Source: Candidatus Omnitrophota bacterium
GTDB lineage: Bacteria; Omnitrophota; Gorgyraeia; Gygaellales; Profunditerraquicolaceae
DNA: 52,322 nt
Assembly: GCA_003644385.1 (NCBI GenBank)
Contig: QNCD01000003.1
Span: 1-52,322 of the forward strand
Reading direction: 5' to 3'
Position 1 is the first letter of the stretch. Every line of letters starts with the position of its first letter. Position numbers and translations under genes: made by a program. Positions 19,918-29,373 of this stretch are shown piece by piece. The notes under the pieces are model-generated. The model was not told the DNA's origin. It saw only the letters and a program-made list of their open reading frames with translations, and did not search any database.

Positions 19918-20103
19918 TTTATTTGAGAAACTCGCTGGAATGTATTTTTAATACACAATAATTATACTATTCTAAAAATTTCTCTTTGTCAAGTAAAGAT
20001 AGCTTATTTTTAATAACCGCTTCTTTAGAATAAGGTTTTAATCTTAAAAAATAAGGTTTATCTATTTATAACAGACTATTGTTTTAAAAAACAGGATAGT
20101 TTT

Positions 20104-21375
20104 TTAATTACTCCAGACAAACCAGACAAAAACATAGGCTGCGCTTACTGCTGCCAAAGTAAAGGGAAGACCGATTTTAATAAAATCCCTAAACCGCACC
20201 AGATAACCTTCCTTTTTCAGCAGGCCGCAGGCAACGATATTAGCCGAGGCGCCTATAGGGGTAATATTTCCCCCTAAGCTTGCCCCGATTAATAAGCCAA
20301 AAAGAAATAGCGAAGGGTTGATATCCAGGTTATTGGACATAGAAATCGCTACCGGAAGCATTGCCACTAAAAACGGGACATTATCCACAAAAGCGGAAAA
20401 TAGCATTGCCACGAATACCAGCAGCGTATAACCTAAAAATATATTAGTTCCTATTAAGCTGCCGAGAAAACCGGAAAAGGCCTCAATCCAGCCGGTTAAA
20501 GTAATACTACCCACAAGGATAAACACGCCGATTAAGAAAAAGGTGGTTTCCCAGTCCAAGGTTTTCAAGGTGTTCCTCAGAGAATCTTTGAAAAAAATCT
20601 TTTCCCAGAATAAAGAAAATGTGCCGAATAGCATACAGATTATTCCCGCCATATAAGAAAAGCCAACATCAATAAAAGAGGAAACCGCCAAACATAAAAT
20701 CAGGCCAACCAGAATAACCGTGGGTGCCCAGGTTACTACTTTTTCTACGGGCATAATCTGGGGTTTTTCTTTATGTTTTTTAAATACAAAATAAAGGACT
20801 ATAAATGATGCCAACGCCCCTAATTCTACAGCCCAGAATATGCTCGGCCTTCCTTTGTAAAAGAAAAAGTCCATAAAATTCATTTTGGCGAAACCGCCCA
20901 AAAGCATACTCGGAGGGTCTCCGATTAAAGTAGCAACCCCCTGTAAATTACTGGATATGGCTATGGCAATCAACATCTTCATCGGATTCATATTTAATTT
21001 TTTTGCCAAAGAAAGGGCGATCGGCGCAACAATCAAAACCGTAGCTACGTTTTCTACAAAAGCCGAGATTAACCCGGTTAGCATACAGATAAATAATATC
21101 GCCCAACCCGTACTTTTTGATCTATCTACTATAACTTCAGCCAGAAAAGCCGGAACTTTGCTTTTCATGAAAATATCCGCTACCAAGAGGGTCCCGACAA
21201 AAATACCCATTACATTCCAATTAATTGCTAAAAATGCCTCTTTAAAGGAGACCGCTTTTGTTAAAATCAACAATAAAGCGGCGATAACCGCGACATGAGT
21301 TCTTTTGCGAGGCAAAATTATAAAAAAGAGGTAAGAAATTATAAAAAGGAATAGAGAAATAATCTTAGCACCCAT
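20104..21375 (-). CDS. ArsB/NhaD/CitMHS (SLC13-like) ion transporter
   Basis: SAFVENVATV, NLQGVATLIGDPP, SAFVDNVP, GGNITPIGASANIV. Confidence 0.9.
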   Translation of the reverse strand: MGAKIISLFLFIISYLFFIILPRKRTHVAVIAALLLILTKAVSFKEAFLAINWNVMGIFVGTLLVADIFMKSKVPAFLAEVIVDRSKSTGWAILFICMLTGLISAFVENVATVLIVAPIALSLAKKLNMNPMKMLIAIAISSNLQGVATLIGDPPSMLLGGFAKMNFMDFFFYKGRPSIFWAVELGALASFIVLYFVFKKHKEKPQIMPVEKVVTWAPTVILVGLILCLAVSSFIDVGFSYMAGIICMLFGTFSLFWEKIFFKDSLRNTLKTLDWETTFFLIGVFILVGSITLTGWIEAFSGFLGSLIGTNIFLGYTLLVFVAMLFSAFVDNVPFLVAMLPVAISMSNNLDINPSLFLFGLLIGASLGGNITPIGASANIVACGLLKKEGYLVRFRDFIKIGLPFTLAAVSAAYVFVWFVWSN

Positions 21376-21376
21376 A

Positions 21377-22153
21377 TTATTTAAGTTTTTTCAGTAAATC
21401 TTTGGCGACTTTTTCGCCTGATAATAACATCCCGCCGAAAATCGGCCCCATGCGCGGGGCGCCGAATGCGGCGTTTGCGCTCATGCCGCAGACATATAAA
21501 CCAGGGCAGACCTCTTTTGAATTTTTTACAATCGTATCCTCGGCAACCTCTGCCCACATAGACTTCTCACCCATCACCCTGGAGCTTTTAGTCTTCAATC
21601 TAATCCCAGATTTTCTTTCGGCAATCCTGGCTACTTCTGCGGCATGCCCAGTAGCATCCACTACAAAGCGCGCCTTCATAGTTATAGGGTCTACGTGTAA
21701 ACCGGCCATTTCTACCGCTGTCCAGTTTAAAACTAAACCGCAAATACGGCTTTTCCTGATCATCACATCTTCAGCACTTAGCAAATTAAAGATTTTTAAT
21801 CCCCTTTTTACTGCTTTAGAGCAAATAGTGGAAACAGATTCAATAGAATCAGCCAAATAATAATTTCTTTCATATAATCTTGTTTTAATGCCAAATTCAT
21901 CGAGAATCCTCCTGGCCTTATCCTGCACTACTATTTCATTAAACATAATTCCGCCGCCCCACATCCCGCCGCCAATTGAAAGCTTTCTTTCAAAAATAAC
22001 TACTTTTTTCTTCTCCTTTGCCAGATAATACCCGCAACACATACCCGCAGGCCCTGCGCCAACAATAGCCACATCCACTTCCAGAGAATCCACCAGCTTA
22101 TCCTTATAACCTTCGATTATGGCACGGGAAATTTTAATCTCGTCTAAATGCAT
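21377..22153 (-). CDS. thi4: Sulfide-dependent ADP-thiazole synthase (Thi4, non-Cys type)
   Basis: [41 protein letters not shown]. Confidence 0.95.
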   Translation of the reverse strand: MHLDEIKISRAIIEGYKDKLVDSLEVDVAIVGAGPAGMCCGYYLAKEKKKVVIFERKLSIGGGMWGGGIMFNEIVVQDKARRILDEFGIKTRLYERNYYLADSIESVSTICSKAVKRGLKIFNLLSAEDVMIRKSRICGLVLNWTAVEMAGLHVDPITMKARFVVDATGHAAEVARIAERKSGIRLKTKSSRVMGEKSMWAEVAEDTIVKNSKEVCPGLYVCGMSANAAFGAPRMGPIFGGMLLSGEKVAKDLLKKLK

Positions 22154-22156
22154 ATT

Positions 22157-22741
22157 TCACCTCATATTCTTTAAAGTAATTTTTTTTGCTCCTTTACGCA
22201 CCAATTCATTTATTGCTTTTTCAGAATCATCGGGCTTTAGATTTACGCCCTGTATAGCATCTAATAATATCTTTACTTTAAATCCTTGCTTTATGGCTTC
22301 CAGACCAGAAAATTTCACGCAGTAATCTGTAGCCAGGCCGCAGATAAACAATTCCTTGATACCCAATAATCCCAATATTCTCGGGAAAGCCATTCCGCTG
22401 GAATCTTGGGCTTCAAAAGCAGAATAGCCGTCTTTTTTTGCATCAATTCCTTTATAGAGAAGAATCGCGTTTTTAGGTAACTTCAATTTGGGGTGAAATA
22501 AAGCGCCCCTGGTATTGCGGATACAGTGCACCGGCCAGGCACCGCCAAAATCTTTGAAATGCTTAGTCCTGGGAGGATGCCAATCACGGGTGGCAAAAAT
22601 CGGCAGTTTACGCTTAGAAAAAAATTTAATATAACGGTTTATTTTCGGTATAATCTTATCACCTTGCGGCACACCAAGTGCCCCGCCCGGACAAAAATCA
22701 TTCTGCATATCTACTACTAAAAGTGCTTTTTTCGCTTTCAT
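22157..22741 (-). CDS. pncA: Nicotinamidase/pyrazinamidase
   Basis: VDMQNDFCPGGAL, TRDWHP, WPVHC, KG...YSAF, GLATDYCV. Confidence 0.95.
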   Translation of the reverse strand: MKAKKALLVVDMQNDFCPGGALGVPQGDKIIPKINRYIKFFSKRKLPIFATRDWHPPRTKHFKDFGGAWPVHCIRNTRGALFHPKLKLPKNAILLYKGIDAKKDGYSAFEAQDSSGMAFPRILGLLGIKELFICGLATDYCVKFSGLEAIKQGFKVKILLDAIQGVNLKPDDSEKAINELVRKGAKKITLKNMR

Positions 22742-22754
22742 CCTGCGTCCCCCG

Positions 22755-23768
22755 TTATGAAAAAACCCCAGGAATAACCGTATTACAAAAAGGGCATCTG
22801 TTTTCTTTGATATTGTTTTCTAAAATAACGAATCCCTCTCTTTTGATTAATAACTTATTGCAATTATGGCAATGGGTATCATTACCCCAACCCAAGACAT
22901 TGCCTACGTATATATAATTTAGTCCTGCCTCTTTTCCTATCTCTACTGCCTTTTTTAAAGTTGCTTCGGGTGTAAGTCGGCAATCCGTAAATTTATAGTC
23001 CGGGTGAAAGCGCGAGATATGCCAGGGGATATTCTTGTCTATTCCAGAAATAAATCCGGCAATATTACTAAGCTCCTCTTTGTAATCATTCTCTCCGGGG
23101 ACAACTAAAGTGGTAACCTCTAACCAGATATTTAACTGACGCATTAATCTTATCGATTCCAGGACAGGCACAAGAGAGGCGCTGCATATTTTACGGTAAG
23201 AATCTTCCTTAAAAAATTTAAGATCAACGTTTGCCGCATCTAAATAGGGCTCAATCATCTCCAACGCCTCTTTGCTCATGTAGCCGTTGGTAACAAAATT
23301 ACTGTAAAGCCCCTTTTCTTTAGCTAATCTTGCCGTATCTAAGGCGTACTCAAAAAATACAGTCGGCTCGGTATAAGTATAAGAAATACTTTTACAGTTA
23401 TTCTTTACTGCTGCTTTTGTTACATCCTCAGCCGAAAAAAAACTGCTCTTGTTATGTCCTTCTTTTTCTAAGCGCACCTGAGAAATCTGCCAATTCTGAC
23501 AAAAGCCACAGCGAAAATTGCAGCCGATAGTAGCTAAAGATAAACTAAAAGTTCCCGGCAGAAAATGATAAAGTGGTTTTTTCTCTATGGGGTCGGCATT
23601 CAAAGCAATCAGCTCACCATAAACGTGGGTATATAATGTCCCCTTTAAGTTCTGCCGGACGCCGCATATTCCGAATTTTTGATTCTGGATTTTGCAATGA
23701 TGCCCGCAAAGATAACACTCAACGGCATCATCCGGAAGTTTACGATAGAGCAAAGCCTCTCTTTTCAC
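22755..23768 (-). CDS. amrS: AmmeMemoRadiSam system radical SAM enzyme
   Basis: CYLCGHHC, CGVR, DPIEKKPLYHF, CNFRCGFCQNWQISQ, YTYTEP, PWHISRFHP. Confidence 0.93.
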   Translation of the reverse strand: MKREALLYRKLPDDAVECYLCGHHCKIQNQKFGICGVRQNLKGTLYTHVYGELIALNADPIEKKPLYHFLPGTFSLSLATIGCNFRCGFCQNWQISQVRLEKEGHNKSSFFSAEDVTKAAVKNNCKSISYTYTEPTVFFEYALDTARLAKEKGLYSNFVTNGYMSKEALEMIEPYLDAANVDLKFFKEDSYRKICSASLVPVLESIRLMRQLNIWLEVTTLVVPGENDYKEELSNIAGFISGIDKNIPWHISRFHPDYKFTDCRLTPEATLKKAVEIGKEAGLNYIYVGNVLGWGNDTHCHNCNKLLIKREGFVILENNIKENRCPFCNTVIPGVFS

Positions 23769-23852
23769 CCCACTCTTCCTTTCTGTCTATTCCAGCACGG
23801 GATAAATCTCACTTTTACTTATTTACTAATTTATAAATAGGAAAGGCAGGAT

Positions 23853-24854
23853 TCATACCCTAAAGATAGACATCTTATTTTCTTCTATGGGTGAAGTTTC
23901 TTGCGATTTTCTTTTCTTTTCTTTTACCTTTTTATAAATTATTCTTATCGCGCTCTTTCCATTACGGTCGCAATAACGGCAGACTATGCTATTTGCCAAA
24001 TCAATCAATTCCTCCTTGAGATTTCCTCTTAGCAGGGCAGTGGGACCCGAGATATTAAAATAGGGCGTAAATAGATAATCATTAGCAAATGCTAGTTTTA
24101 ATAATTTTTTATTCTCCTCTTCATTTCTTCCTACGATAAGTTTTGTTTTAGGAGCTAGCCTGAAATGCCGGCCTATCTTAAGCAAGGCGATATTATGTAA
24201 ATTGAATTCTCCGTGCTGCAGGAGATCATTAAGCCTCTGTGTAAAGGTGCGATCAGTTAGTAAACATCCTCCCGCCGGGGTAAAGAAATATTTAATATTA
24301 AATTTTTCTGCTAAAGCTATCTGAGTCCTGCGGCTTCTGCCTTGGATGGCGAACAAATTATTCCTCTTTACCCATCCCTCTCTTTCTGGCAGGCTTTCAG
24401 GCATTGCCCTGGCCGATAAAGGCCGGAGGATTAATCCAGAGAGCCTTGCCTCTTTTTCGATAAGCTCTAATGCCTGCTTATGCTGAGACATGGGCCGCTG
24501 CCCGAGAACTTCTCCAGTAATAATAAATTTTGCCCCCAACCGATGCATCATCAGCCGGGCTTTATTTAACATAAGAATTCTACAGTCGATACAAGGATTT
24601 AAGTTAGCCCCATAACCATATCTGGGTTTACTGATTATCTTAAGATATTCCTTTCCTAATACTACGGAATTTATTTTTATGCCTGCTTTTAACAATGCGA
24701 GTTTTTGCTTTAAAAAAATTTTTTCTAAATTCTCCCGCTGGCTGGCAAAAGGGGTTTTGAAATACAAGCCAATTACTTTTATGCCCTGAGACCGGATTAA
24801 AATTGCCGATAAGATACTATCTAATCCGCCAGAAATTAATGCGACTGCTTTCAT
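23853..24854 (-). CDS. ThiI-like PP-loop tRNA thiolation/modification protein with DUF814-like C terminus
   Basis: ISGGLDS, NPCIDCR, TGEVLGQRPMSQ, PAGGCLLT, GRHFRL...VGRNEEEN. Confidence 0.85.
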   Translation of the reverse strand: MKAVALISGGLDSILSAILIRSQGIKVIGLYFKTPFASQRENLEKIFLKQKLALLKAGIKINSVVLGKEYLKIISKPRYGYGANLNPCIDCRILMLNKARLMMHRLGAKFIITGEVLGQRPMSQHKQALELIEKEARLSGLILRPLSARAMPESLPEREGWVKRNNLFAIQGRSRRTQIALAEKFNIKYFFTPAGGCLLTDRTFTQRLNDLLQHGEFNLHNIALLKIGRHFRLAPKTKLIVGRNEEENKKLLKLAFANDYLFTPYFNISGPTALLRGNLKEELIDLANSIVCRYCDRNGKSAIRIIYKKVKEKKRKSQETSPIEENKMSIFRV

Positions 24855-24966
24855 TATTAAAGATTTTGGTTATTTTATTTATCATTTTATCTTATGCAAA
24901 GAGAGAAATCAAGGAGAGAAAAATTCAGGGAGAGGCAAATTAATATCAAGCAAAATATGCCTGTGC

Positions 24967-25221
24967 TTAAGGAACTACCTTAAAGACCTTGTCGTTAGGA
25001 TGGACTTTCTGGGCAACCTTCATGCCGATTACATCTTTGGCCTTGGCCTCGGTGATATTTGCGTGCTCAATCTGCATAGATTCCACTGTCTGGGTAAAAT
25101 CTTCGGAATGCCCTTTGATATGTATTGTATCGCCTACTTTTAAAGTATCGGAAAGCTCAATAATGCCTACGTTAAGGTGGCCGTAATAATGCGAAACTTT
25201 GCCGATTTCTTTCTCTTCCAT
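24967..25221 (-). CDS. Translation elongation factor domain-2-like small protein
   Basis: EIGKVSHYY...LKVGDTIHIKG...FTQTVESMQIEH; GGAGG RBS. Confidence 0.85.
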   Translation of the reverse strand: MEEKEIGKVSHYYGHLNVGIIELSDTLKVGDTIHIKGHSEDFTQTVESMQIEHANITEAKAKDVIGMKVAQKVHPNDKVFKVVP

Positions 25222-25306
25222 GCTTACCTCCTTTTGTTTTGAAGGTTAACACAACTGGCGTAAGGCTGCTAATAAGAAAGGCCCGGTTCGTTAAGCTGTG
25301 CAGGAT

Positions 25307-25387
25307 TTAACCCATGCAGGGCTTGCGGCCCTTATTCGCCCGTTTTGAGCGCCAGTTTAATTTTCCTCTACGTTTTCTTTTTCCCAT
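25307..25387 (-). CDS. 26-aa basic peptide resembling ribosomal protein bL37
   Basis: MGKRKRRGKLNWRSKRANKGRKPCMG; ATG 25387 lies 1 nt after the stop of the CsgG-like gene. Confidence 0.6.
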   Translation of the reverse strand: MGKRKRRGKLNWRSKRANKGRKPCMG

Positions 25388-25388
25388 G

Positions 25389-26132
25389 TTAATATTTATA
25401 GTACTCAGGTGATATTGCCTGCGAGACATAACGCACTGCTTCAATAATACATATACGTATTGCTTTTTCCATAGGGCTATCACTATAAGCGGACAAACCA
25501 CCGGCTAAACTGTATTCTCCAAATAAATCCGGCATTTCTCCAATCGTAATATCCGAAGCCTCTCCTTTTACTTGCGTGGCTGCCAAAACTTGTGAGGTAG
25601 CAGAATTAACTATGCGTACATCAAAAATCATACACGCCTTATTAGATGCACTGCCTGATAAACCTCCTAAAATACCGCTGCCTACTCCTCCCCCGCCACC
25701 TAAGCCACCTTTCCCTCCGGATACTTGAGGCTCAAATTCGTTGACCGTAAGAGCGATAATTAAATCTGCTTTCTTTTCCTCTTCTTTCGGGCTTATCTGT
25801 ATCCCAGTCTTCTCAGCAGGAGCCGCTCGTTTCTCTTGAAAAGATACTACCTGGGCCTGAGGCTCTAATATTTCAAAACGGTTGCTATTTACAAGCGCGG
25901 TAATAAATATTTCCCGCAAGCCTAAGCCGATATCATTGGTTGCCTTGGCTACCTTCACTTCAAAATCTGCGACAATCACCCTTGCCTTAGGCCCTGAATA
26001 AACAGGTAAAGCTAAAGCTGCCGCGGCTTCATCGGCTTTACTAAAAGGCCGGGTAAACTTCTCTAGACGTGCGCATCCGTTTAAGGTAATAAACAAAACA
26101 ACGCAGCATATAAATAATAAAAATTTCTGCAC
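25389..26132 (-). CDS. CsgG/HfaB family lipoprotein
   Basis: Lipobox LNGC; YSGPKARVIVADF, TALVNSNRF, DVRIVNSATSQVLAA. Confidence 0.85.
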   Translation of the reverse strand: MQKFLLFICCVVLFITLNGCARLEKFTRPFSKADEAAAALALPVYSGPKARVIVADFEVKVAKATNDIGLGLREIFITALVNSNRFEILEPQAQVVSFQEKRAAPAEKTGIQISPKEEEKKADLIIALTVNEFEPQVSGGKGGLGGGGGVGSGILGGLSGSASNKACMIFDVRIVNSATSQVLAATQVKGEASDITIGEMPDLFGEYSLAGGLSAYSDSPMEKAIRICIIEAVRYVSQAISPEYYKY

Positions 26133-26287
26133 TTTAAAATATTTTCTGACAGGGAACTTTCTGAATTAGCTCTGGTTTTACTATATACAAAATCGACCTC
26201 TCTGTCAAGCCAAAATAGGCTGCTAACATTAGCAGTAGCAACCTCTTGATCTTATTTTTCATGGATAAAATCTTTAAATAAATAACA

Positions 26288-26311
26288 AGGCAGGGCCTTT
26301 AAACCCTGCCT
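26288..26311 (-). terminator. Probable intrinsic terminator
   Basis: AGGCAGGG / CCCTGCCT 8-bp stem just downstream of the 26340 gene; weak U tract. Confidence 0.55.
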
Positions 26312-26339
26312 AAGTAATCAGTTCTTTTAAGTAACGAAC

Positions 26340-26834
26340 TTACTCAGATACTTGCGTTTCTAACTCTATATCTTTAGCTATTTCTTCCGGATTGGTTTCG
26401 GTAACTTCTTGCATATACTCCTGCTCTTCTTCGCCCCCAATAGCCCCTAGTCTTTCTACACTTATATTCTTGGCTATATTCACGCCGGAAGAATCAGTTA
26501 TATAATCGAGGCTAATAGTGTCTTGCGGCTTGATTTCATCAAAAGAATTAACGTTTTCATAAGTTGTGTCCTCATTTATGATCACGAGAGTCTCCTTCTC
26601 ATTGTAACTATCATAGTCAAGATATTTAATCTTTAATTCTTTCTTTTCTGGATTAACAGCGAGTATCTCACCCCATAACCATAGGGTATCCGAGTCAGGC
26701 TCTGCTTCAATACCCGTATCTTCTTCTACGGACTCAATGCCTGATTCCAAACTCTGGCTGAAACTTAAGACTGGAAGCATCATTAATAAAGAAATAACCG
26801 TGCCTGCGACTACCCATAATTTATGTTTTAACAT
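26340..26834 (-). CDS. Exported acidic hypothetical protein (possible OB-fold)
   Basis: Start ATG 26834 after GGAGG; signal peptide; WLWGEI...KYLDYD...DTISLDY. Confidence 0.8.
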   Translation of the reverse strand: MLKHKLWVVAGTVISLLMMLPVLSFSQSLESGIESVEEDTGIEAEPDSDTLWLWGEILAVNPEKKELKIKYLDYDSYNEKETLVIINEDTTYENVNSFDEIKPQDTISLDYITDSSGVNIAKNISVERLGAIGGEEEQEYMQEVTETNPEEIAKDIELETQVSE

Positions 26835-26914
26835 TCCCCCCTCCTTGAAATTAAACAAAATCTACCATAAACAATTTAACTTGTCAAGCGAAGAATCACA
26901 GGAAAAATTATAAT

Positions 26915-28297
26915 TTATCTGTAATAAGGCAAAAACAACAATGCCAGCCAGGCAATAGAGGTGGTAACCAAACCTATAATAATACCGATCCCCATCCAGC
27001 GCAGAAAAGTCAATTTAATATTTCTTTCTTTTTCCAAAATTCCTAATGCTACTATATTCGCGGTAGAGCCGATTAAGGTAATATTGCCCCCAAAACAGCC
27101 GCCGAAAAGCAACGCCCACCAGAGAACTTCTAAATAGCCGTTGAGCATCTGGAAGCCGTGTATCACAGGAATAAATGCAGCTACCAAGACAACGTTATCT
27201 AACATGCTTGAGCCAATCGCGCTTAGCCAGAGTATAAAGGAAGTCAGAAAATAAGGATTGTTACCGGTGAAATTGACGATTTTTCTGGCCAGGACATCAG
27301 TTGCTCCCGTATACTTTAATGTTGCTGCCTGGGCAAAAAGAAAAAGGAAAAAAAGCAATGTCCACCATTCCACATCTTTCTCAATAAATTTACGCGCTTT
27401 ATCGTGCTTCCAGATCATAACCAAGGCTGCGCTGACTAATGGAATGATCAACAGGATTGTGTTAGCTTTTAAACCCCAGAACACATCCAGACGATGCGAA
27501 AAAGCTAAGCCCAAAAGGGTTAAGATAAAAATTGAAAGGGCGATTTCTGTCTGTCTGTCAGGAGGAACAGATACCAATTTGATCAGCATTTCATTTGCGC
27601 CGAATTCTTTCATTTTCTGGTCTAATTTTTGTAATGAACGCCTGTACCAAAATAAAACAATAAAAATCATGCTAAAAAGAGAAAGCACGGCTAAGGGGAA
27701 AGCCTTGATAATAAAATCCTCAAAAGTCAAACCGGATTTAGTAGCAATCAGAATACCGATAGGGTTACCTAATACCGTGCCCGCAGAGCCGATATTTGTA
27801 GCTAAAATTGAAATTATGATATAAGGGGTGGGTTCGACTTCAAAATAATCGCAAATTTCTAATACTGCTGCAACTATAAAAATAATTGAAGTGACTTCAT
27901 CAACCGCACAGGCCAACAAAGCCGAAATTAAAGAAATAACCAGTACAAATCTTTTAGCAGTGAGATTTTTAATGCGAATGATCAGGCTGACAATCCAGGC
28001 AAAGAAACCCGCATCCTTGAGCAACCCGATCAGCACCATCATTCCTACCAGAAACAAGATGACTTCTAAAGAGGAGGCTCTGACCAGATTATCCAAATCA
28101 ATTGTACCGGTAGCCAACAAAATAGAAGCGCCTAAAAAAGCAAAGCTTAAGCGCAAATTCCAAAAAAATAAAGTTCCCAGGACAGAGGCGCTAAATATCG
28201 AGATAGATAAAGCCTGTTGAAAATTTAAGCCGATTCGCCGAACTAAAAAAGCTAAGCCTATCGGAATAAAAATAATAAATATGAATTTTTTAATCAT
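26915..28297 (-). CDS. ArsB/NhaD/SLC13-like permease
   Basis: CAVDEVTSI, TNIGSAGTVLGNPIG, LDNVVLV, GGNITLIGSTANIV. Confidence 0.9.
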   Translation of the reverse strand: MIKKFIFIIFIPIGLAFLVRRIGLNFQQALSISIFSASVLGTLFFWNLRLSFAFLGASILLATGTIDLDNLVRASSLEVILFLVGMMVLIGLLKDAGFFAWIVSLIIRIKNLTAKRFVLVISLISALLACAVDEVTSIIFIVAAVLEICDYFEVEPTPYIIISILATNIGSAGTVLGNPIGILIATKSGLTFEDFIIKAFPLAVLSLFSMIFIVLFWYRRSLQKLDQKMKEFGANEMLIKLVSVPPDRQTEIALSIFILTLLGLAFSHRLDVFWGLKANTILLIIPLVSAALVMIWKHDKARKFIEKDVEWWTLLFFLFLFAQAATLKYTGATDVLARKIVNFTGNNPYFLTSFILWLSAIGSSMLDNVVLVAAFIPVIHGFQMLNGYLEVLWWALLFGGCFGGNITLIGSTANIVALGILEKERNIKLTFLRWMGIGIIIGLVTTSIAWLALLFLPYYR

Positions 28298-28302
28298 CTA
28301 AA

Positions 28303-28764
28303 CTAACTAGTGGAGGACATTTCTGCTTCTTTGGGTATCGCTTTCAATATGTCGCAGCGGGCCACGATTCCTAATACTTTTTTCTCCTTATCAACTACCA
28401 AGAGTCTACGCACTTTCTGCGTCAGCATCAATCTTGCCGCTTCTGTTAAAGAAGCTTCCTCGGAAGTAGTTATGACTTCCCTGCGCATAAGCTGACTTAC
28501 TTTGACCACCTTTAGCTCAGTGAGTTTGCGCGATATTGCCTTAGGATTATCCTGATAAATAAACCTTCCTACTTTTTCCACGTAACTGGGTAAAATATAA
28601 GAAAGTACGCTTTTCTCGGTAAACATACCGAGAAGTTTTCCGCCTTCATCAATTACCGGTAAACCGCTTATTTTGCTTTTAAATAAAAGGTCCAGGGCCT
28701 CTTGCCCTCTATCGTCGGGCTTTAAGCTGATTACATCCCTTATCATAATCTCTTTTATCTTCAT
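28303..28764 (-). CDS. CBS-pair domain protein
   Basis: KIKEIM...ISGLPVID...VSQLMRREV...VRRLLVVD...GIVARCDI. Confidence 0.92.
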   Translation of the reverse strand: MKIKEIMIRDVISLKPDDRGQEALDLLFKSKISGLPVIDEGGKLLGMFTEKSVLSYILPSYVEKVGRFIYQDNPKAISRKLTELKVVKVSQLMRREVITTSEEASLTEAARLMLTQKVRRLLVVDKEKKVLGIVARCDILKAIPKEAEMSSTS

Positions 28765-28802
28765 TTTTATCTCCGGTTAAGTCCAGCTGATTGTTGAGAA
28801 AT

Positions 28803-29369
28803 TTAAAAAATCTCTCTTATCCTGGGCTGTAATTTTATATAAACAACGCTGGCGATTATGGATTTTAATAAATCTCCAAAAATAAAAGGAAAAAAGCCTA
28901 TAAGGAAGGCGCCGAATAAGGAGCAGCTTAGGGTGAGTTTAAGCCAGATAACGCCAGAGCACAAAAGTATCAAATCAGCAATTAAAAATACTGCCAGCAC
29001 GTAAGTGAATTTATTTGTGATTTTTTCTATAAATGTCCCCACAAATATACTGGCTAGAATAAAACCAAATAAGTAGCCTCCGGTAGGTCCTAAAAGGTAT
29101 AATATGCCGCTGCCGGCGCTTGAAAATACAGGCAGGCCGCATAAACCTAAAGAAATATAACCTAATTGGCTGATTGTGCCGTCGCGCCGGCCTAAAAGTG
29201 CTGCGCTGAGTAAAACAAAAAAAGTCTGCAGGGTTAAAGGCACAGGCGTAAAAGGTAAAGGAATACGCACAAATGCCCCAAAACCAGTCAATAAAACAAA
29301 GGTAAAAATTCCGATTAGACGGCAAGCTGGCTTATTTATAACTATTTCCTTATTAAAAATCGCCTGCAT
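28803..29369 (-). CDS. bioY: Biotin transporter
   Basis: IPLPFTPVPLTLQTF, GLPVF, GPTGGYLFGF, PFIFGDLLK. Confidence 0.95.
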   Translation of the reverse strand: MQAIFNKEIVINKPACRLIGIFTFVLLTGFGAFVRIPLPFTPVPLTLQTFFVLLSAALLGRRDGTISQLGYISLGLCGLPVFSSAGSGILYLLGPTGGYLFGFILASIFVGTFIEKITNKFTYVLAVFLIADLILLCSGVIWLKLTLSCSLFGAFLIGFFPFIFGDLLKSIIASVVYIKLQPRIREIF

Positions 29370-29373
29370 TTTA

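Noticed and set aside
24901-24941. Imperfect purine-rich tandem repeat (GAGAGAAATCAAG-like, three units)
   Set aside because: Short, degenerate and low-complexity; no function can be supported.
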